A stretch of 59,884 nucleotides of DNA, taken from NCBI GenBank assembly GCA_028712565.1, contig JAQTPW010000005.1, forward strand, positions 1-59,884. Direction: 5' to 3'. The DNA is from Minisyncoccota bacterium. GTDB taxonomy: Bacteria > Patescibacteriota > Minisyncoccia > Minisyncoccales > JAQTPW01. Below the pieces are notes generated by a model. The model ran no database searches, was not told the origin of the DNA, and saw only the letters and a program-made list of their open reading frames with translations. This document shows positions 54,159 through 59,884 of the stretch, one piece after another (position 1 is the first letter of the stretch; each line of letters opens with the position of its first letter). The position numbers and the translations under genes are program-made.

Positions 54159-55139
54159 ATGAAAAATAAGAAACTTAGAATTGTTTTCCGCGTTGACGGC
54201 AATAAAAAAATCGGCATGGGTCATGTAATGCGATGCCTTGCTTTGGCTGATGAGTTGAAAGAAAGAATTGGCTGCAAAATTTTTTTTGTGATGAAAAATT
54301 CCGCAGATTCCGAAAAAGAAGTTTTAAAATGCGGTTACGATATAACTGCTAATTTCCCAAAAAGTTTTTTGGATATAGCAATAGTCAGTGTTCCCGACAT
54401 TGGAAACAAATATTTATCAACAATAAAAAAACAGGTAAAATTACTTGTTGTTATCGATGATTCTGCAAAAACACAATATTGCGCCGATATTGTCGTAAAA
54501 TGCAGTTGCGTGCCGGAGCTATCAAGATTTGATAGAAAAGCAAAAGGGAAATTCTTAATAGGTTTGGATTATGTGATTTTGAATAAAGAATTTCAAATTA
54601 TTAACCTAAGAAAAAAAATAATAAATCCGAAGGCAAAATCTGTTTTGATAACCATGGGAGGAAGCGACATAAACAATCTTACTCCAAAAATAATGGAAGC
54701 TTTGAAAAAAATCTCTGATATCAAAAAAACTGTTGTAGTGGGGCCAGCTTTTAAAAACAAATTAAAGCCAAATAAGGAATATGATTCAAAATACGGAGTT
54801 TCAAATATGGCTTCCCTTATGTTTTCTTCGGATTTGGCAATTGTGGGCGGCGGGATAACTTTGTATGAAGTAGCTTGTGTCGGGACTCCGGGAATTGTCC
54901 TTTGCCAGACTGATTATCAAAAGATGGAAGCAGAATGTTTTGAAAAAGCAGGAGCTATTTTAAATTTGGGTTTTGGGAAGAATTTGGGTGAAGAAAAAAT
55001 CGCCGCAAGCGTTAAGGTCCTCCTAAAGGATAAAGAAATGCGGAAAAAAATGAGCAACATCGGAAAAAAAATAATTGACGGAAAAGGGGCAAAAAGAGTC
55101 GTTGATAAAATTTTAGATAAAATAAGAAAATATGAATAA
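54159..55139 (+). CDS. pseG: PseG-like UDP-sugar hydrolase (GT28-type fold)
   Basis: Trimmed to the ATG at 54159. RIVFRVDGNKKIGMGHVMRCLALADEL is typical of PseG/SpsG. Confidence 0.8.
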   Translation: MKNKKLRIVFRVDGNKKIGMGHVMRCLALADELKERIGCKIFFVMKNSADSEKEVLKCGYDITANFPKSFLDIAIVSVPDIGNKYLSTIKKQVKLLVVIDDSAKTQYCADIVVKCSCVPELSRFDRKAKGKFLIGLDYVILNKEFQIINLRKKIINPKAKSVLITMGGSDINNLTPKIMEALKKISDIKKTVVVGPAFKNKLKPNKEYDSKYGVSNMASLMFSSDLAIVGGGITLYEVACVGTPGIVLCQTDYQKMEAECFEKAGAILNLGFGKNLGEEKIAASVKVLLKDKEMRKKMSNIGKKIIDGKGAKRVVDKILDKIRKYE

Positions 55140-56490
55140 TAAAATACTTCTAATTAATCCGCCAATGACCTATTTGACTTCGGTAGAACCAATAAGATTG
55201 GCCCAACCGATGGGCATTTGTTATATTGCCGGAGTTTTAGAAAGAGCAGGTTATGATATCAAATTGCTTGACGCCCATGCGGAAGGATATTATGGCCGGC
55301 AAAAATTAGGAGATAGGACGCAGGTCGGGTTGAGTGAAAAAGAAATCAGAGATAAAATAATGGATTTTAATCCGGCAATAGTTGGTGTGTCTTCAATGTT
55401 TACTGATCAGTATCATAACGCTAAAATGGTTTGCAAAGCTGCAAAAGAAGCAAATCCTGAAATTATAACTTGCATGGGCGGAGTTCATCCGACTTTGGTT
55501 CCAGAAGAAGTTTTAAAAGATCCGAATGTAAATTATATTTTGAGGAGTGAAGCAGAATATAGCTTTTTGGATTTTTGCGATTGGCAAATAAAGGAAAAGA
55601 ATATTTCCCCTGAAAAAATTGACGGGCTTAATCTAAATCCAAAAGAGCAATGGATTAAAAATTTGGATGATTTACCCTTTCCGGCTCGGCATCTTTTACC
55701 CTTGCAAAAATATTTTGAAGCAGGAAAGGCCTATAGGGAGCCGTCAAAAAGAGAGCCCGCTTTTCCGATAATTACTTCGAGGTGCTGCCCGGCCTCTTGT
55801 AGGTTTTGCGCCACTCATCTCATGCAAGGTTATTATAGGGAAAGAAGCGTAGATAATGTTATTGCCGAAATGGAATATCTTATTGATAATTACGGGATGA
55901 AGGAAATATATTTTTTAGATGACGCTTTGGCCCATGGAAATTTTCGCCAAATTTTAAAAAAAATGATTGAAAAAAAATTTGATGTGGTATGGCATGGGGC
56001 AAATGGTATTGCGGTTTACAGTATGGACGATGAAATTATTGAATTATTTGCAAAATCGGGATGTTATAAAGTATTATTGGCTATTGAATCGGGGGTTCAG
56101 GAAACCTTGGCTTATATGAGAAAGCCAGTCAGGTTGGAAAAGGTGAGGGCTGTTGTAGAGAAAATTAAAAGCTATGGCATGAAAACAGAAAGTTTGTTCA
56201 TGATAGGCCTTCCCTGCGAAACTAAAGAAAGCATGCAAAACACGGTGAAATTCGCAGAAAGTTTGAATTTAGATTATGCCACTTTTCCCATTGCCACTCC
56301 TTTTCCCGGAACCGATCTCTATAAAGATTGCCTAGAAAAAGGGTATTTGGTCAAAGATTATAAATACGAAAATCTCAAATTCGGGATTGGAAATATCCAA
56401 ACAGAAGAATGGGGTCCGGAATTTGTTGAGAACTTGAGAAAAGAGGCTTGGTTAAGAATAAATAAAATTGATTCCGCAAATCTAGATTAA
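55132..56490 (+). CDS. cobalamin-binding-domain radical SAM enzyme (paralog 3)
   Basis: A B12-binding-like N-terminus (ILLINPPMTY...VGVSSMFT) and a CPASCRFC motif. It overlaps pseG by 8 nt. Confidence 0.85.
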   Translation: MNNKILLINPPMTYLTSVEPIRLAQPMGICYIAGVLERAGYDIKLLDAHAEGYYGRQKLGDRTQVGLSEKEIRDKIMDFNPAIVGVSSMFTDQYHNAKMVCKAAKEANPEIITCMGGVHPTLVPEEVLKDPNVNYILRSEAEYSFLDFCDWQIKEKNISPEKIDGLNLNPKEQWIKNLDDLPFPARHLLPLQKYFEAGKAYREPSKREPAFPIITSRCCPASCRFCATHLMQGYYRERSVDNVIAEMEYLIDNYGMKEIYFLDDALAHGNFRQILKKMIEKKFDVVWHGANGIAVYSMDDEIIELFAKSGCYKVLLAIESGVQETLAYMRKPVRLEKVRAVVEKIKSYGMKTESLFMIGLPCETKESMQNTVKFAESLNLDYATFPIATPFPGTDLYKDCLEKGYLVKDYKYENLKFGIGNIQTEEWGPEFVENLRKEAWLRINKIDSANLD

Positions 56491-56494
56491 AAAA

Positions 56495-57184
56495 ATGAAA
56501 GCGACAATTATGCAGCCAACTTATTTGCCTTGGTTGGGATATTTTGATCTGATGGATCAAAGCGATATTTTCATTTTTTTGGACAATGTTCAGTTTGAAA
56601 AGCAAAGCTGGCAGCAGAGAAATAGAATAAAGAGCCCAAAGGGGGAATTATTGCTTACAATACCTGTTATTAGAAAGTATCCACAAGAAATTCGGGAAGT
56701 TCAGATTAATAATAATCTGCCTTGGCAATCCGAACATTTAAAAGCCATCCAGTATAATTATTCAAAAGCAAAATATTTTAATGAATATCTCTCTTTTTTT
56801 GAGATTTTTTATTCTGAAAAAAAAGAAAAACTAATCGATTTTACAATTCCTATAATTTTAAAAATTAAAGATTTCTTAGGAATTAATTGTAAAATTATAA
56901 AATCTTCTGAATTAGATGTAAAAGGGAAAAGAGTAGAATTATTAATTGATATTTGCAAAAAAGTCGGGGCGAATGAATATTTGTCGCCTCTGGGATCAAA
57001 AGAATATATCGATGAAAATAATCTCTTTGAAAAAGAAAATATAAAATTAGAATATCAGCAATTTGAACATCCTGAATACCTCCAATTATGGGGAAAGTTT
57101 GTGCCTTATCTTTCTACGATTGATTTATTATTTAATTGCGGGGCAGATTCTATTAAATATATTAGGCAGGGCAGGAAAATTTAA
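56495..57184 (+). CDS. WbqC-family protein
   Basis: IMQPTYLPWLGYFDLMDQSDIFIFLDNVQFEKQSWQQRNRI is the WbqC signature as I know it. Confidence 0.8.
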   Translation: MKATIMQPTYLPWLGYFDLMDQSDIFIFLDNVQFEKQSWQQRNRIKSPKGELLLTIPVIRKYPQEIREVQINNNLPWQSEHLKAIQYNYSKAKYFNEYLSFFEIFYSEKKEKLIDFTIPIILKIKDFLGINCKIIKSSELDVKGKRVELLIDICKKVGANEYLSPLGSKEYIDENNLFEKENIKLEYQQFEHPEYLQLWGKFVPYLSTIDLLFNCGADSIKYIRQGRKI

Positions 57185-57199
57185 GTAATTAATATCTGT

Positions 57200-58588
57200 A
57201 TGATAAAAGAAAAAAAGACAAAAATTGGAAGAAAATCTCATCCCAAAATACTCCTTTACGCAAGCTCTTTGCGAAATTTTCGTTCCTCTGTCATAGAATA
57301 TTTATATGAGATTTCGCAGGTCTATCCCACGGTTTTGCTATCCGAAGAGCTTGATTCAGAAACAAAAAAAATTCTTTCCGATAAAAAAATATTTCCATAT
57401 CTGGAAGAAATCTTTCCAGTTCGGCAATACGGGGGAGAAAAAATTGGATTAGTCAAAAAACATAGATATTTTTGCAAGCTTGCAAAAAATATTATCAAAC
57501 AGTATCAACCAGATATCGTTATAGCCAACGGCAGTAATTTTTTTGAAGCATATCTCAGAAGGTTTGCCAGAAAACTGGGAGTAACGAATGTTTGTTTCAT
57601 GGAATCTATTCCCGGGCCCAAAAAACAAATGATGGAGGAATATATATTAAGAATTGCCTATTTTAAAGCGCCGAAATTTTTACCGTTTTTTTTCAAATTA
57701 TTATTCGCAAAAGCAAGAACATACGTTGGCCATTTTCTTTATTATGTTGTCGGCCCCATGTTAATTTTACAAAAGCCTTTTCTGGGAGAGCCAAGCAGTG
57801 TATTGATAGCGGATTATTCCAGATTCAAGGGAATTGATTATTTTATAGTTTTTTCAAAGAGAGATCATAATATTCTTTTAAACGATGGTTTATGGCCCGA
57901 AAAAATTTATATAGTGAATCATCCATTGAAAAAAGAAAGCAGTCTCAGAAGGTTTTTTAAAAAAATTAATTTTCCGAAAATTCTTCGAGCGAATAAAAAA
58001 ACATTAATTATTTTGTGGCCACCCGAACAAGTCGGAATTAGCCGGGCAGACCGCTCTTTAATTTCTAAAAATGAAATATGGGAGAATAGGGCAAAAACCG
58101 TGAATTCTATAGCAAATATTCTTAAAAAATGGAAAATTATTATAAAACCCCATCCTTTGGCTGAAAATTTTTCAGAGATAAGCGGATATTTTAAACCTAT
58201 TAGCAATATTGAAGTTAAAAACCCAACCGATTTTGCCGAAAAGTATATTGAAATTAGCAATGTTGTTGTTGGGCTGTCTCCGGCAAGTTCTATTCTTTTT
58301 AATTCCTTTTTACGAAATTCTAAAAGACCAACACTGTCTTTAGATTTTCAGCAAGAATTTTGCGGCGATGCTTACAAGGGTTTTGAAGGAATTGAGTATA
58401 TTGATAGCGAAGAAAAACTTTTTAAGATTATTGAATTAATTCGAGATCAAAAATATCAAAAATCAAAAAAAACAAAAGAAGAGCAGGTCGATTTTAAAAA
58501 TATTACTGAGCTGATAAAATATTTATTAAATAAAAAATTTCTGCCCAAGGCGGACTCGCCTCGAGTTGGAAAAACGCAAAGTCTGTAA
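57200..58588 (+). CDS. hypothetical protein, second HP-motif putative glycosyltransferase
   Basis: IIKPHPLAE followed by VVVGLSPASSILFNSFL, the same layout as in the 46478 product. Confidence 0.4.
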   Translation: MIKEKKTKIGRKSHPKILLYASSLRNFRSSVIEYLYEISQVYPTVLLSEELDSETKKILSDKKIFPYLEEIFPVRQYGGEKIGLVKKHRYFCKLAKNIIKQYQPDIVIANGSNFFEAYLRRFARKLGVTNVCFMESIPGPKKQMMEEYILRIAYFKAPKFLPFFFKLLFAKARTYVGHFLYYVVGPMLILQKPFLGEPSSVLIADYSRFKGIDYFIVFSKRDHNILLNDGLWPEKIYIVNHPLKKESSLRRFFKKINFPKILRANKKTLIILWPPEQVGISRADRSLISKNEIWENRAKTVNSIANILKKWKIIIKPHPLAENFSEISGYFKPISNIEVKNPTDFAEKYIEISNVVVGLSPASSILFNSFLRNSKRPTLSLDFQQEFCGDAYKGFEGIEYIDSEEKLFKIIELIRDQKYQKSKKTKEEQVDFKNITELIKYLLNKKFLPKADSPRVGKTQSL

Positions 58589-58593
58589 AAATT

Positions 58594-59442
58594 ATGCTTA
58601 CTATAGCCACCGTCCCAAAACCATTCTTAGATCCGCATATAAATATTACCCAAAGAAATGCAATTCAGAGTTGGCTTAAATTGAAGCCGAAACCCCAAAT
58701 AATTTTATTTGGAAACGATCCAGGGATAGCTGAAGCCGCAAAAGAGTTTGGGGTTTTACATGTCCCAGAAATAAAGTGCGAATTTAACGTTCCTGTTTTA
58801 AGTCTGGTTTTTGATGAAGCAAAAAAACTATCAAATAATCCATTTGTTTCCTTTATTAATACCGATATTATTTTGCTGTCTGATTTTATGGAGGCCTTAA
58901 AAATAGAAAAACCAGAATTATTTTTAATGGCTGGCAGGAGATGGGACATGAATATTACAGAATCGATTAATTTTGATAACCCTGATTGGGAAAAAAATCT
59001 TTTGGAAAAAGTTAAAAGCGAGGCAAAATTACACGGTTTGGCTGGCATGGATTATTTTGTTTTTCCAAAAAATTTGGAACTTAATATGCCGCCTTTCGTT
59101 GCCGGTCGTCCAGGATATGACAGCTGGTTAGTTTATAGGGCCCGAACCCTAGGTATTCCCGTAATAGATGCGACTTTGGTAGCTACAATTTTACACCAAA
59201 ACCATGGTTATAAGCATCGGGCTGGAGGAATAAAAGTTCTAAAGAAGGCAGAGGGTAAAAGAAATATCATTTTGGCCGGAGGTTTCAATAAGATGTTAAC
59301 CTTGAGAGATGCCGATTGGATTTTAACAAAAGAAGGACTAAAGAAACCGGAATTCCCGCGGAGAATTTTTAGCATGCTTTCTTTGTTTTATCCTTGGAGA
59401 GTTTTATTATCAATAAGGAGAAAAATAAAAAGTATAATTTAA
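58594..59442 (+). CDS. hypothetical protein, possibly a GT-A-fold glycosyltransferase
   Basis: Operon context and an FINTDIILLSDF (DxD-like) segment. The call is weak. Confidence 0.4.
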   Translation: MLTIATVPKPFLDPHINITQRNAIQSWLKLKPKPQIILFGNDPGIAEAAKEFGVLHVPEIKCEFNVPVLSLVFDEAKKLSNNPFVSFINTDIILLSDFMEALKIEKPELFLMAGRRWDMNITESINFDNPDWEKNLLEKVKSEAKLHGLAGMDYFVFPKNLELNMPPFVAGRPGYDSWLVYRARTLGIPVIDATLVATILHQNHGYKHRAGGIKVLKKAEGKRNIILAGGFNKMLTLRDADWILTKEGLKKPEFPRRIFSMLSLFYPWRVLLSIRRKIKSII

Positions 59443-59445
59443 AAC

Positions 59446-59884
59446 ATGAAGTGTTTAGTTGCCGGTGGAGCCGGGTTCATAGGCAGCCATCTTGCAGATA
59501 CGTTAATAAAAGGGGGAAAAAAGGTAGTAATTATTGATAACCTGTCCACCGGAAAAAAGGAAAACTTAAATAAGGGAGCAAAATTCTACAAAATAGATAT
59601 TTGCAATCCCAAAATTTCTGAAATTTTTAAAAAGGAAAAACCTGAAATAGTTTTTCATTATGCCGCTCAAATCGATGTTCGGAAGTCAGTGAATGATCCT
59701 GTGGGTGACGCCAAAATTAATATTCTTGGAAGCCTTAACATCTTGGAAAACTGCAAAAAATTTAAAATAAAAAAAATAATTTTTGTCTCTTCGATAGGAA
59801 TATACGGCGAGCCAAAAATTTTGCCCGTAAAAGAAAACCATTTAAAAAATCCGATTTCTCCTTATTCTATAAATAAATTAGCAG
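59446..59884 (+). CDS. NAD-dependent sugar epimerase/dehydratase (SDR), 3'-truncated by the window edge
   Basis: ATG at 59446, product MKCLVAGGAGFIGSHLADTLIKGG...FHYAAQIDVRKS...PYSINK, open to the window end. It is not in the ORF track. Confidence 0.8.
   Translation, partial: MKCLVAGGAGFIGSHLADTLIKGGKKVVIIDNLSTGKKENLNKGAKFYKIDICNPKISEIFKKEKPEIVFHYAAQIDVRKSVNDPVGDAKINILGSLNILENCKKFKIKKIIFVSSIGIYGEPKILPVKENHLKNPISPYSINKLA

Noticed and set aside
33833-58260. Numerous short minus-strand or alternative-frame ORFs inside the glycan operon (for example 36424-36765, 41344-41751, 43425-43736, 48629-49102 and 57919-58260)
   Set aside because: All lie inside plus-strand genes that have recognisable enzyme motifs and operon-style coupling.
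1-59884. Alternative genetic code (UGA recoding as in some CPR lineages), and rRNA or tRNA genes
   Set aside because: TGA terminates well-supported genes at expected lengths, for example aroF at 8948-8950 and gmd. By eye I saw no conserved rRNA stretch and no tRNA T-arm (GGTTCGAATCC-like). A tRNAscan/Infernal run would be needed to be certain.

Overview
AT-rich window coded almost entirely on the plus strand. Gene content and style suggest a small-genome, Patescibacteria/CPR-like bacterium (inference only). The standard code fits, with TGA used as a stop. No rRNA, tRNA or CRISPR array was seen by eye. All product calls come from reading motifs in the translations; no searches were run. Four blocks: (1) 1-7.5 kb holds small membrane and secreted proteins, a PAS-only protein, a nitroreductase, several Cys-rich secreted proteins and an SdpI-like protein. 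(2) 7.5-14.5 kb holds a Thermotoga-type DAHP synthase, ClpB, a trypsin-fold protein with a degenerate catalytic triad, and DegV. The DAHP synthase is preceded by an unannotated Phe/Tyr-rich 24-codon leader ORF with a classic 1:2 / 2:3 / 3:4 attenuator. ClpB sits behind a CIRCE operator that overlaps its promoter. This block also has two copies of a GC-rich structured repeat with a 77-nt identical core and covarying closing stems. (3) 14.5-31.5 kb is a cell-envelope locus. It encodes a protein with three lamin-tail domains and a PKD domain, an ECF sigma factor with a putative anti-sigma partner, and three surface proteins that share a coiled-coil plus peptidoglycan-binding module. It also encodes a 1646-aa protein with seven ~121-aa tandem repeats and a 459-bp perfect internal duplication. 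(4) 31.8-59.9 kb is a tightly coupled glycan operon. It contains a GDP-colitose-type pathway (gmd, fcl/colC-like, and a ColD-like dehydratase with His in place of Lys). It also contains two nonulosonic-acid pathways, one legionaminic/neuraminic-like and one pseudaminic-like. Three paralogous cobalamin-binding radical SAM enzymes, two methyltransferases, WbqC and two unusual HP-motif putative transferases are interleaved with them. The radical-SAM-decorated double nonulosonate locus is my top candidate for an undescribed system. Two ~138-nt elements bounded by inverted repeats place the start codons of the ECF sigma gene and of an HTH gene inside a 15-16 bp long-range helix, and also deserve follow-up.
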